From: an uncultured Candidatus Saccharibacteria bacterium
GTDB lineage: Bacteria; Patescibacteriota; Minisyncoccia; JACQLN01; CAZPCT01
Direction of reading: 5' to 3'
NCBI GenBank assembly: GCA_964600085.1
Contig: CAZRHU010000002.1
Span: 1 to 59,298 of the forward strand
DNA length: 59,298 bases
The notes under the pieces are model-generated. The model saw nothing but the letters and a program-made list of their open reading frames with translations, ran no database searches and was not told the origin of the DNA. Positions 17,747 to 27,025 of the stretch are shown here, piece after piece (within the stretch, counting starts at the first letter, position 1; each line of letters starts with the position of its first letter). A program made the position numbers and the translations under genes.

Positions 17747-18465
17747 CTGTTTTTTGTTATATATAGACTCGTTGAAGCGCCACCTCTTTCTCCAAGATTT
17801 CCGCGGTTCTCAACACCTAAACTTAGCCTTTTTCTTATCTTTGTAGCTGTTTCACTGCTTATATTTAAATTTAAAGCGTTAGAATTTTTATCTACAGAAA
17901 CTCTTTTTCCGTCAAACATCCAAGAGAAGAACAGTTCACTTAAAGAAGAAACGTTAAAATAAAAAGGTTTAGCTTCTATTGTTTTTACTTCTCCTGGTTT
18001 TGAGACAACCTCCTCCCCCACAAATCTTTCGTCTTCATATAAAATAACACTAGGAGAAACGGTGGGCACTTCTATAAAAACTCTACTAGTTAGATCGTTA
18101 TAAATATTTCTAACCTCTAATTCTATTTTATGAGTAAAGTTCGGTATAACGTCTTCAGTTTGAAAAGTAAAAGTATTATTTCCTATACTAACCTTGTTTG
18201 CTCCTCCACCCCAAGAAGAAGAATCGTTTATAGACCAAGAAAACTCCAAGTTTGCTCTATTTTGAGTTGGGGTAAGGGCTATTAATTCTAAAACACTTCC
18301 TTTCGTGGGCAGGGCTTTTCCTTCATAGTCCGCGGGGATAAACGTATTTGTGCCCCAAACAACATCAACAACAAAATTATTTTCTAGAGCTTTTACTTCT
18401 TGGGCTCCGCCCAAGAAGACTAAGAAAGAAAACGCTAATAATAATACTTTAGTAAAAAATTTCAT
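17743..18465 (-). CDS. T4SS-like operon: secreted beta-sandwich-like protein, unknown
   Basis: 240 aa with a cleavable-looking signal peptide. Overlaps the downstream gene by 4 nt. Confidence 0.6.
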   Translation of the reverse strand: MKFFTKVLLLAFSFLVFLGGAQEVKALENNFVVDVVWGTNTFIPADYEGKALPTKGSVLELIALTPTQNRANLEFSWSINDSSSWGGGANKVSIGNNTFTFQTEDVIPNFTHKIELEVRNIYNDLTSRVFIEVPTVSPSVILYEDERFVGEEVVSKPGEVKTIEAKPFYFNVSSLSELFFSWMFDGKRVSVDKNSNALNLNISSETATKIRKRLSLGVENRGNLGERGGASTSLYITKNR

Positions 18466-18469
18466 ATTT

Positions 18470-18802
18470 TTAAGTAGCTTTTTTTAGGGCTTTAAGCGGT
18501 ATTTTTTCTGTTACTTTATGTCTTAGATAAATAGCTATAACCATTAAGGTAAAGGGTGGAAGAATTTGTAAGATAGGAATTATCTCTACTATCATACTAA
18601 CACTTCCTCCAATTGCTCCCTTAAGACCCAATCCATTAAAGGCAAGCCACAACCAAAGAGAAAGAGAAAAAACGAACATTAAGACCGGGTTAAAAACTTG
18701 TCCAATAAAAGGTATTAAACTAATAAAGAAGCTGGCAGCATCAGCTAAAATAGCTGTTGTGAGCATAAATATAAATGTTGTTTTAGATAATTTTCCGTCC
18801 AT
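18470..18802 (-). CDS. T4SS-like operon: small 3-4 TM membrane protein, unknown
   Basis: 110 aa, almost entirely hydrophobic, with 4-nt gaps to its neighbours. Confidence 0.6.
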   Translation of the reverse strand: MDGKLSKTTFIFMLTTAILADAASFFISLIPFIGQVFNPVLMFVFSLSLWLWLAFNGLGLKGAIGGSVSMIVEIIPILQILPPFTLMVIAIYLRHKVTEKIPLKALKKAT

Positions 18803-18806
18803 AGTA

Positions 18807-20582
18807 TTAACCTAATTCTCTTTTAGCTTTTTCTATTTCTAGTATTTGAGCGGGGTCGGATGTTATAACCTGATCCTCGGTGTAAGAAGCAACAACTTTT
18901 ATAGCTGCTCTCTTTAAGCCCGCAAAAAATATTCCTTCACCAACATTAGACTCTAAAAGCAATAGCTTTTCTTCCTCAGTAAGGTTAAATGTTTTTTGAA
19001 CTATGTCTATAGCTGCCGGCGATTGTTTTAATAAGAGCTGAATAGAAGAGTTGGTAACAATCGGTTTGCCGTAGGCTGATTTCATAAAATCTTCCACATC
19101 TTGGGTTATGGTAGAAAGACCTAAAAAGTATTTTCTTCCTCTTTTAGCGATAGAAAAAAGAAACTCGGCCGCTTCTTTATGTTGCATCATCCACCAAGCT
19201 TCATCTACTACCATTATTCTCTTCTTTAATTTTCTTCTAACACGATTCCAGACATAGTGAAGAAGAATATACATAGCTATAGGTCTTAATTCTGGCTCAA
19301 GGTCGCGAATACTAAAGGCCACGAGATTGTTATTGAGAGCAACATTAGTAGGGTTGTTTAAGAAGCCGGAGTATGATCCAGAAACAAACTTTTCTAAGCG
19401 AGTAGCTAAGCTATCAGCTCCTTCCATATTTTTCAAGACTGTATAGAGATCACCGATCACGGGAGGTGTTTTTCCTTGCCAGTCAGAAGAGGTGGTAATA
19501 TCTTTTGAAGCGTATGTTTCATTTAAGGCCTTATCTATAATTGCCTCTTCTTCTGGTGTTAAGTCACCTAACATAACTTTTAAAAGTCCTGTTAGCTGTA
19601 TTATATGAGAGCGCAGAACCTCGGCCGGGTTATCGTCGTCGGGTATTTCCGGAAGATCAAAAGGATTAATATGGTGCGATGAAGTAAGAGATATATTTAC
19701 ATGAGTTCCCCCAACTACATCTGTTAAGTATTTATACTCGTTTTCTGGGTCTATAATTATAACTTCAGTCCCAAGCATTAAAGAACGCAAGACCTCTAAT
19801 TTAACGGCGTAACTCTTTCCAGCTCCTGATTTAGCAAATATAACGGCATTAGCATTCTCTAAAGAAAATCTATCAAAAAGGACAAGAGAGTTATTGTGGC
19901 GGTTTATACCGTAGAGAACCCCCTTATTCGAAGTTAAGTCCGCTGACACAAAAGGAAAGAAGCTGGATAGTGGCCCAGAATTAAAGCCGTTGTATATCTC
20001 TAATCGATCCCAGTTAATTGGGAGATTGGATCGAAATCCCTGTTCTTGTTGAAAAGATGCTTTTTTAGCATAGACTAGTTTTGACTCTAAGATTGTTGTA
20101 ATATCATTCTCTATCTCATTGAGCTCATCTTTATTGGATCCATAAAACGTTATATAAAGACCAGCCTCAAAAAATCTCTCAACTCCTTGTTGAAGCTTGT
20201 CTCTTAATTTTTCTACGTCTTTGTAAGCGGTTTCTAAAACCGGATCTCTAACAAACCCCTTCTCTTCTTTTTCGCTAACCTGAGCGCCTATCTGGGCAAC
20301 TTTTTTCTGTAATTTTTTTAAGACCTCACCACTATTTACTGGTCTTATAAAGAGGGATATATCCATCTTCTTATCAAGATTTATCACCGGAGAAAACCAA
20401 GAAACGGAAAGGTATCTAGGATAAACAGCTATAAATAAAGTCCGGATCATTTTGTCACCCACCTTTAATTGGGATGGCTCTATTTGCATACCGGCGGGAG
20501 CTAAAAGATCAACAAGAGAACTCTCTCTGGATTTTTCTTCTTTCTTCTTATCTTTTTCGTCTTTTAAAAATGGAATATCCAT
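18807..20582 (-). CDS. virB4: VirB4-like T4SS ATPase, middle plus C-terminal ATPase part
   Basis: Walker A AKSGAGKSYAVK and Walker B IMVVDEAW. The segment preceding them (LKVGDKMIRTLFIAVYPRYLSVSWFSPVI..DISLFIRP) matches the conserved VirB4/TrsE middle region. Confidence 0.8.
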   Translation of the reverse strand: MDIPFLKDEKDKKKEEKSRESSLVDLLAPAGMQIEPSQLKVGDKMIRTLFIAVYPRYLSVSWFSPVINLDKKMDISLFIRPVNSGEVLKKLQKKVAQIGAQVSEKEEKGFVRDPVLETAYKDVEKLRDKLQQGVERFFEAGLYITFYGSNKDELNEIENDITTILESKLVYAKKASFQQEQGFRSNLPINWDRLEIYNGFNSGPLSSFFPFVSADLTSNKGVLYGINRHNNSLVLFDRFSLENANAVIFAKSGAGKSYAVKLEVLRSLMLGTEVIIIDPENEYKYLTDVVGGTHVNISLTSSHHINPFDLPEIPDDDNPAEVLRSHIIQLTGLLKVMLGDLTPEEEAIIDKALNETYASKDITTSSDWQGKTPPVIGDLYTVLKNMEGADSLATRLEKFVSGSYSGFLNNPTNVALNNNLVAFSIRDLEPELRPIAMYILLHYVWNRVRRKLKKRIMVVDEAWWMMQHKEAAEFLFSIAKRGRKYFLGLSTITQDVEDFMKSAYGKPIVTNSSIQLLLKQSPAAIDIVQKTFNLTEEEKLLLLESNVGEGIFFAGLKRAAIKVVASYTEDQVITSDPAQILEIEKAKRELG

Positions 20583-20589
20583 AATGTTT

Positions 20590-21252
20590 TTATTCTGGTT
20601 GTTTTTCTTCTTCCCCGGTGGCTAATAATTGTTCAAAGTTATCTTGCTTTAAGGTTGTGTCTGGGTTATATAGGCTGTGGTAGAGCTCAACTAACTCTCT
20701 ATCTCTTAAAGGAATAGCTCTTAAACTCATTTGAGAAAGAAGATTTATTATTCTACTCATTCTTAATTCTAATTCTTCTACCGCTTCTTCCATCTCTAGA
20801 TCTTTCTTCTTTTTTTTATCCTCTTTACCCGGAACTATCTTTTCTAACCAACCCTTCTTTTTTACGATGGACATATCGTAAGGAACTACTATGTAAAAAA
20901 ACTTAGACATAATATTAGACAACTCTATCAACTCATCTACAAAATCTAGATACTCGGAGGTCTGAATTTTTAAAAGTTCATTATCTTGCTCTCCCTGTTT
21001 TTCTTTAAGGAAAGAAAAATACTCACTAAGGTTTAAGGGTCGTGAATGGATGATAATTTGAGTTGTAAAATCCAGAGAATTTAAAAGGTTTTGGAAAGAG
21101 TTTATAATCGCTTTTTTCTCATCGTTAGATTTTAAGCTAAAGTTTAACGATGAAACCATTAGAACACCCCTAAAGTTGCCGTTTTTTAACACAACGGTTC
21201 CATTTCTTATCTCTTTAACATCTACAAATTGATGGGTTGATTGTTCAGACAT
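20590..21252 (-). CDS. VirB4 N-terminal domain encoded as a separate ORF
   Basis: VDVKEIRNGTVVLKNGNFRGVLMVSSLNFSLKSNDEKKAIINSFQNLLNSLDFTTQIII resembles the N-terminus of Gram-positive VirB4/PrgJ/TcpF proteins. 220 plus 591 aa equals a typical VirB4 length. Seven nt and a frame change separate the two ORFs. Confidence 0.6.
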   Translation of the reverse strand: MSEQSTHQFVDVKEIRNGTVVLKNGNFRGVLMVSSLNFSLKSNDEKKAIINSFQNLLNSLDFTTQIIIHSRPLNLSEYFSFLKEKQGEQDNELLKIQTSEYLDFVDELIELSNIMSKFFYIVVPYDMSIVKKKGWLEKIVPGKEDKKKKKDLEMEEAVEELELRMSRIINLLSQMSLRAIPLRDRELVELYHSLYNPDTTLKQDNFEQLLATGEEEKQPE

Positions 21253-21255
21253 AAT

Positions 21256-21543
21256 TTAATGTTTATTCTTTTTTTTCCAGTGATATTCTTGGGGTTTAAA
21301 AGCAAAACCTATTAGAGATGTTAAGTATCTAGGTAAGCTCATTCCTCCTATCTTAACGAAGGCAAGAGAGAAAGCAACTACAGCTATAGGGATAGAAACA
21401 GTAATGGCGTAAACCAACCTAAAGAGAAAAAAAGATATAAATACAAGAGCGCCTCCCCCGGCCAAGTATAAAAATTGTTTAATAGTAAAGGGGCCTACTA
21501 TCTTGTCTTCAACGTCTATAAATTGTGGAACTTGGTAACGCAT
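21256..21543 (-). CDS. PrgI/VirB3-like small membrane protein
   Basis: 95 aa. The YQVPQFIDVEDKIVGPFTIKQFLYL motif followed by two TM helices is typical of PrgI-like proteins. It sits immediately upstream of virB4, as in virB3-virB4 and prgI-prgJ. Confidence 0.55.
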   Translation of the reverse strand: MRYQVPQFIDVEDKIVGPFTIKQFLYLAGGGALVFISFFLFRLVYAITVSIPIAVVAFSLAFVKIGGMSLPRYLTSLIGFAFKPQEYHWKKKNKH

Positions 21544-21557
21544 AATTTTTTAAAAAA

Positions 21558-22208
21558 TTAATCTCTAGGTTTTTCTCTACGAGGAGGTATTTTAGATAGG
21601 TCTATTGTTCTGCCATTCCATACTCCTTTTTTGGTGGGTTGGGAAGTCATTGTGGCTTGGGTGGAATCTTCCTCGTTCTCTTTTAATTTATTTATAAGAT
21701 CTTCCTTTCTCTTTTTGGCGACATCTTCTTTATTCTCGGTTTCTATCTCTGGTTCCACGATTACTGGCTTTGGTTCTTCTTCAGGAATAGGTTTTGGTTC
21801 TGGGGTCTTATTTTTATTTACCACATCTTCTGACTTTAAGTCGTGAACTAGTAATAAACTTTCTCTTACAGGTTGAAATATCTGTTCATTTATATCTCCA
21901 GCCAGTAGAGATGCTTTTTGAATGTCTATATTTAAAGCTTTAGAGAGCTCTTCTATAAAGTCGCTTACTTTTATTACTCCCAACATTACTAAGCCAATAA
22001 CTCTAGCGACACCGCTTACGCTTTCGTCAGGCAAGCCGTTTTTAGTTTTAACGATATTCCAAACTTTACTACTAGTCTCTTCCGAGATCATTGTTTCTCT
22101 AAGGTCTTTAGGGAGTTGGTAATACAAGGCAACTCTCTCTCTTACCAGAGGACTTTCTATCTGACTTATGTCGTCTAATTGTTGGGGTGTTAAAGTTTGC
22201 GTCTTCAT
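21558..22208 (-). CDS. T4SS-like operon: soluble protein with Glu/Lys/Pro-rich tail, unknown
   Basis: 216 aa with no TM segment. Confidence 0.55.
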   Translation of the reverse strand: MKTQTLTPQQLDDISQIESPLVRERVALYYQLPKDLRETMISEETSSKVWNIVKTKNGLPDESVSGVARVIGLVMLGVIKVSDFIEELSKALNIDIQKASLLAGDINEQIFQPVRESLLLVHDLKSEDVVNKNKTPEPKPIPEEEPKPVIVEPEIETENKEDVAKKRKEDLINKLKENEEDSTQATMTSQPTKKGVWNGRTIDLSKIPPRREKPRD

Positions 22209-22229
22209 AGTGTTCTTTTAAATTTGTTT

Positions 22230-24191
22230 TTATAGATCTATTTCCTTAGTCCCGGATTCAGCCTGCCAGTCCTCGGTATCTTCTCTATCTCTCATCGCTT
22301 GGTGTCCCGGACTTCCTTGAAGGTGCTCCTGAAGTTTTTTAGGCATCCTATCTAAATTTTCATCTAACAGAGTCAATAATTGGCCATGCCTTTTTGAATT
22401 TTCTTCTAAAGATTTATTAATATGAGCTGTTGTAAATCTTTTATCGGCAAACCTATCTACCACTATCTCTTGAATCACGTCATCTTCAAAGGCATTATCA
22501 CTAAGTGTTTTAGCAAATTCGGTTGGTTTAGACGGCATTACATTTTCTATTATGAACTTCTTAATTTCTTCTCGTTCCTCTCTGTTGTCTTTTGATAATC
22601 CAGTAAGACCCTTCCAAGCAGCTTGATCTTTTTCACTTATTCTAGGGTTTGAGGCCAATTCTTTCTGAACTTCTTTTTCCATAGCCCAGTGAGGCACGGA
22701 TTTTAGAATATCTTTTATATCAGCCCCAGAGTTAATAACGTCAGGCAGGTGTTTTTTATCACCCTCTTCTAATTTTCCTTTCTCGGCTAGTAATTTTAAG
22801 GCCTCTACCCTCTCCGCTCTCCCTTTTCGTGTAGTTACGGTTTGATTAACTTTCTGTCTTAGGGCTGTTGGGTCTCCTTTTATTTTTTCTACTTCTTTAG
22901 AGGCCTCTTTTAGGGTTTCTTGTTCTTTTTTATAGGTGTGACCAGGACCGCCCGCCATTTTTCCAATAACTGGTAACCCCTCTGTTTTTTTCCGAAAAGC
23001 TATTTCTTTTTCAGATATCTTTTCGCCTACTGGCGTTCTTTCAAGAATCTCCCCAGTTCTTTTTACTGCTTTACGGGGTGACTTTGCTAAATACTTTCCC
23101 CCTGTCTTCATCTTACCTAGAGACCAATTTTTAGCTTTATCGCTCCAGTTTTTTGCCATACCAGCTCCTGCCAAGCCCCATTTTTGAGACGTTATAAGGC
23201 CGAAGAAGAGAATAAACAGGACGGTTAAGTACTGTAGAAAAAGAGTGATGTTTTGAAATGGCTCTCCTCCTCTCTTAGTTAATTCTCCCGATATCTCTGG
23301 AGCATTGCCAAACAATGATTCGCCAAACCCTAAACCAGTCAAGAGAGCTAAGTATATAAAAAAACCAAAGATGGCTGGGAAAAACGCCCACTTTAAGAAA
23401 TTATCCCACCACCCCGACCAGATTTTTTTAGTATCGGGTAATATATAAGACGCCCAAGCAAATGGTGCTAATATAAGCAAAACCCAGAGATAAATAATTC
23501 TAAATATCATTATTAAAGCCATGGCGAAAAGGAGAAAAGCCACTATGATGACAAAAATTAAATTCATTACTCCACGAATAAGAATGTTTATGTCGTCACT
23601 AGCTGTTTCTCCTTCAGGGTCTATTGTGTTGTATTTAGGAATATTAAATGTGTTGCTTATAGCTAAAGCAGCTTGAATATTATCTCCTACGTTTACAACC
23701 TCCCCCTTTTCGTTAACAGCTCCCGCTGAAGTAAAGAATAAACCCACATCATTTCCCATATCTATAAAGACACCTCCTATTACTAAGCTGAAGTTTATTA
23801 ATAGAGCTATTAGTATGAATTTAGGAAGAAGTTTTTTAACACCATAATTATCTAATTTTAAAATAGTAGCCAATCCGATATACAAGAGTATAAGTATAAA
23901 GAACATATTAGCTACGTCTCTTGATATTGCCCAACCTTCGTTTACTAAAGGATTATTCATAAACTCTCCAGCACTGTAAGACCAGTTAACCAAAGCTCCA
24001 GCTATAGGTAAAAGTACGGCCCCAAAGAAGTTTGCTAAAAAGTGAATAAACCAACCGACTGGTGAAATTAGAGCATCACCCACAAAACCAGTAATAGGAT
24101 TAGCTTTAGCAAAGTGGATTGGAACTAAAAGACCTCCCCCAATTGTGAATAGGGACAGAAGTAAAACATTATATTTATTTCTATATTCCAT
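22230..24191 (-). CDS. VirB6/TrbL-like polytopic membrane protein with hydrophilic C-terminal domain
   Basis: 653 aa. Six or more TM helices occupy the first 340 aa or so, followed by a charged C-terminal half. Size, topology and position match VirB6/TrbL/PrgH-type channel subunits. Confidence 0.55.
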   Translation of the reverse strand: MEYRNKYNVLLLSLFTIGGGLLVPIHFAKANPITGFVGDALISPVGWFIHFLANFFGAVLLPIAGALVNWSYSAGEFMNNPLVNEGWAISRDVANMFFILILLYIGLATILKLDNYGVKKLLPKFILIALLINFSLVIGGVFIDMGNDVGLFFTSAGAVNEKGEVVNVGDNIQAALAISNTFNIPKYNTIDPEGETASDDINILIRGVMNLIFVIIVAFLLFAMALIMIFRIIYLWVLLILAPFAWASYILPDTKKIWSGWWDNFLKWAFFPAIFGFFIYLALLTGLGFGESLFGNAPEISGELTKRGGEPFQNITLFLQYLTVLFILFFGLITSQKWGLAGAGMAKNWSDKAKNWSLGKMKTGGKYLAKSPRKAVKRTGEILERTPVGEKISEKEIAFRKKTEGLPVIGKMAGGPGHTYKKEQETLKEASKEVEKIKGDPTALRQKVNQTVTTRKGRAERVEALKLLAEKGKLEEGDKKHLPDVINSGADIKDILKSVPHWAMEKEVQKELASNPRISEKDQAAWKGLTGLSKDNREEREEIKKFIIENVMPSKPTEFAKTLSDNAFEDDVIQEIVVDRFADKRFTTAHINKSLEENSKRHGQLLTLLDENLDRMPKKLQEHLQGSPGHQAMRDREDTEDWQAESGTKEIDL

Positions 24192-25146
24192 TTATTAAAA
24201 CATCACTTACCCAGATGCTTATTATTGCTCCCACCACCTCATAAAAAGTGTCAGCGTTTTGGACCAAGTGATCAACCTCTGCTCCAACAGCTCTATTAAC
24301 TTGGTCCGATATGTTTATACCAGGAGTTATGGTTATTAGGTCCTCTGGTGGACAAGTAGAGATGTCGCCACCACTTATACATTTTTGCTGTGGTCTATAA
24401 CCTTGATAAGCTACAACCTGCGTTTCTTCTGCTTGTAGTGCTTCTCCCTGGCGCAGTATCTGTTCGTCTCTAGTTTCTAACCAAAAACCCAATTCGTTAT
24501 TAGATGATTCGTGAAATCTTATCCATCTATCCCAGCTACCACTTCTAAAATCATCAAAAAATCTCTCAATAGCTTGGGATTGAATATTTATAGCATCGGT
24601 TAGAGAACAAGCAAAAGGGGAAGATCTATACCACCGCGGTAATGAGTTGTGGAGTATTATCTCGAATTGGGGCCTAAAAGGTGTGCAGATATCTACACCT
24701 ATAACTTCTTCAACAAAACTGGCAGCGGTTACATCAACTGTACGTTTAAACTCCTCCTTAAAATTTTCTATAAATTTATCGGTGTCTCTAACAAAGTCTC
24801 GAATATCATTAGCAAGAGCTATAATAAGAGCTCTCTTAAGCTCTTGTGAGTAGCAATGTTTTTGGTTGTCTTTTTCTCTAGGAATATCCGTTTCTACTGT
24901 TACAGGGACACTGTCACTACCAAGCCCCACATCTATACCTAAATCAAAAAAATCTCCTCCTAAGTCTCCTAACCAATTATCCATAAGGCCTGTAAGTCCA
25001 TCCATCACCAAGCACTTCGCAGCACCAGCAGCAAAATCGTCTAATAAAACAGCCTCTACCTCTTGAGCACGAAAAAAGAAAGTAGAGGTTAGAGAAGATA
25101 TAACCAGAATTACAACAATTACTTTTTGGATTTTAGAATAAATCAT
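24181..25146 (-). CDS. T4SS-like operon: secreted or anchored protein, unknown
   Basis: 321 aa with an N-terminal hydrophobic segment. Overlaps the downstream gene by 11 nt and the upstream gene by 4 nt. Confidence 0.6.
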   Translation of the reverse strand: MIYSKIQKVIVVILVISSLTSTFFFRAQEVEAVLLDDFAAGAAKCLVMDGLTGLMDNWLGDLGGDFFDLGIDVGLGSDSVPVTVETDIPREKDNQKHCYSQELKRALIIALANDIRDFVRDTDKFIENFKEEFKRTVDVTAASFVEEVIGVDICTPFRPQFEIILHNSLPRWYRSSPFACSLTDAINIQSQAIERFFDDFRSGSWDRWIRFHESSNNELGFWLETRDEQILRQGEALQAEETQVVAYQGYRPQQKCISGGDISTCPPEDLITITPGINISDQVNRAVGAEVDHLVQNADTFYEVVGAIISIWVSDVLINGI

Positions 25147-25904
25147 TCTAAAGACTTTTTTATATCGCGGAAATAATTCGTAATTTCTATACCCAGATCC
25201 TGGATCTTATCAGCGGCTGCTATAACTAATATGCCACGCACATTATCCTCTTCCTTTTTAAGAAAACCGCTTTCTATAAAAGCTTGGATGGCTGAAGAAA
25301 AAACTAATAATTTTTTATGGAACTCTACATACTCAACTGGAACCTCTAATTTTCTCGATGCTTCATCCCCAGCTTGAACCAACTTAACAACATTTTCTAA
25401 TCTCCCCCTCTCTTTAAGAGTGACAGATAACGGATCAGAGACCATTAGGGTTTCTTGCCAAGCTCCAAGCAAAACCAAAACCTCTTTTGTTATTTTTTTA
25501 ACATAAGTTTTTTTATCAGCTAGTATCTGTAGGTTTAAATCTTTATCTTTTATCTCTGGAAAAATTGATTGTATTTCTTTTTCCAAAAGAGGTGAAATTT
25601 CCTCCATAATCTCTTTACTTTCTAGATTCTCTTTATTTATTTCTCCAGAAGCAATCTTTTCAGATAAAAAGAATAAGAAGCTGTCTGTCGACGAATTCTT
25701 TTCAGAACCAGAGATAAAATCTAATTCTTTTAATATTTCGTTAGTTGAAGATTGATAAGGAATAGAATCGATATTCTCGCTCCATTGAACCTGCCCTTCA
25801 CTTGTTTCACTCTTGAGCACTAAAAAACCGCCGATAAAAACACCGGCGATAAGAAACACCACTCCGCTAATAGACAAAATTATTTTCCCCCTCCGATTGT
25901 TCAT
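25143..25904 (-). CDS. T4SS-like operon, first gene: bitopic membrane protein, unknown (VirB8-like topology only)
   Basis: 253 aa with a single N-terminal TM. A 280-nt AT-rich intergenic region lies upstream. Confidence 0.6.
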   Translation of the reverse strand: MNNRRGKIILSISGVVFLIAGVFIGGFLVLKSETSEGQVQWSENIDSIPYQSSTNEILKELDFISGSEKNSSTDSFLFFLSEKIASGEINKENLESKEIMEEISPLLEKEIQSIFPEIKDKDLNLQILADKKTYVKKITKEVLVLLGAWQETLMVSDPLSVTLKERGRLENVVKLVQAGDEASRKLEVPVEYVEFHKKLLVFSSAIQAFIESGFLKKEEDNVRGILVIAAADKIQDLGIEITNYFRDIKKSLE

Positions 25905-26184
25905 AAATTAAATTTATATCTAGCTTTATTATAACATCTAACAGCTCTATTTTTTAAGTAAGGTTTGAGGGGTTTTGATTTAATCTTTTAACAAGTTTTC
26001 CCCTTTAATTTATTAAAGTTTAAGGGGTTAAAATTCAGATAATATAAACCTAAAATTTTCTTTAAAAAAATAAAGAAAATAAAAATAAGGTCCATCAACC
26101 TTAATAAAAAGTAACACTCCTTTCTTTTTTATTTTTTATTTAGAAATTTTATTATCCATTATTTAGAAGGATTACCAATGTTTT

Positions 26185-27018
26185 TTAAGGTTGCTTTTTA
26201 AACTTTAGAGAGTTATAAATCTTAAGCCAGTCTTCTTTTTTTATCTCATGAGCTCTAATTCTCGGACTTAAATCTAGTAGTTTTAACTCTTTTTCTAATT
26301 CTGACTTATCCACAGACTCTAACTCTAAAAGATTATTTAATAAAGTTTTTCTTGGTTGTCTAAAACTCTTTTTTAAAAAATTTATAAAATTATTTTTGTC
26401 TTTTATTCTATTTGCTTTAATGGGCTTGATTTCTATAATTGCCGAGTCAACTTTTGGTTCTGGCCAAAAATTCTCTTTTTTTATAATTGTTTTTAAGCTA
26501 GCTCTTCCTAAAAACGAAATCGTCGTAGAAAGAAAATTAGACTTTGGAGGTGTGGCAACTATTCTCTCCGCTACTTCTTTTTGAATTGTGAGGACGATTG
26601 ATTTGGGAAGGTTTTTCGTTAAGAGAAATTTTCTTATAATAGGTCCGGTGATGTAGTAAGGGATGTTTCCAACAACCTTGTAAGGTTGTTGGAGTTCTTC
26701 TTGGTTAAAGTTCAAGATGTCACCCTCTACAACTTTAAAGTTATTTTTTTCTTTAAATTTACTCTTTAATACCTTTACAAAATTTCCATCTTTTTCTACG
26801 GCGATTATTCTACTTCCCCTTTTTAAAATTTCATCAGTTAAATTTCCTGGACCAGGACCTATTTCTAATATTGTTTCACTTGGCGACACTTCAATCAAAT
26901 CAGCTATTTCTTCTATAAATTTTTTATTAACTAAAAAATTTTGACCCTTATATTTAGAAGGTTTTAACATTTTTTCTGCGAGTAATTTTTTTATCTCTTT
27001 TTCTAGATCTTTTTCCAT
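26185..27018 (-). CDS. rsmA: 16S rRNA (adenine1518/1519-N6) dimethyltransferase
   Basis: GQNFL motif and SAM-binding EIGPGPGNLT. Confidence 0.9.
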   Translation of the reverse strand: MEKDLEKEIKKLLAEKMLKPSKYKGQNFLVNKKFIEEIADLIEVSPSETILEIGPGPGNLTDEILKRGSRIIAVEKDGNFVKVLKSKFKEKNNFKVVEGDILNFNQEELQQPYKVVGNIPYYITGPIIRKFLLTKNLPKSIVLTIQKEVAERIVATPPKSNFLSTTISFLGRASLKTIIKKENFWPEPKVDSAIIEIKPIKANRIKDKNNFINFLKKSFRQPRKTLLNNLLELESVDKSELEKELKLLDLSPRIRAHEIKKEDWLKIYNSLKFKKQP

Positions 27019-27025
27019 ATTAAAC

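Noticed and set aside
15457-25904. The T4SS-like block as part of a conjugative ICE or plasmid remnant.
   Set aside because: There is no relaxase, VirD4, integrase or boundary repeats. Composition is indistinguishable from the flanks, and the block is embedded between the jag and rsmA housekeeping genes.
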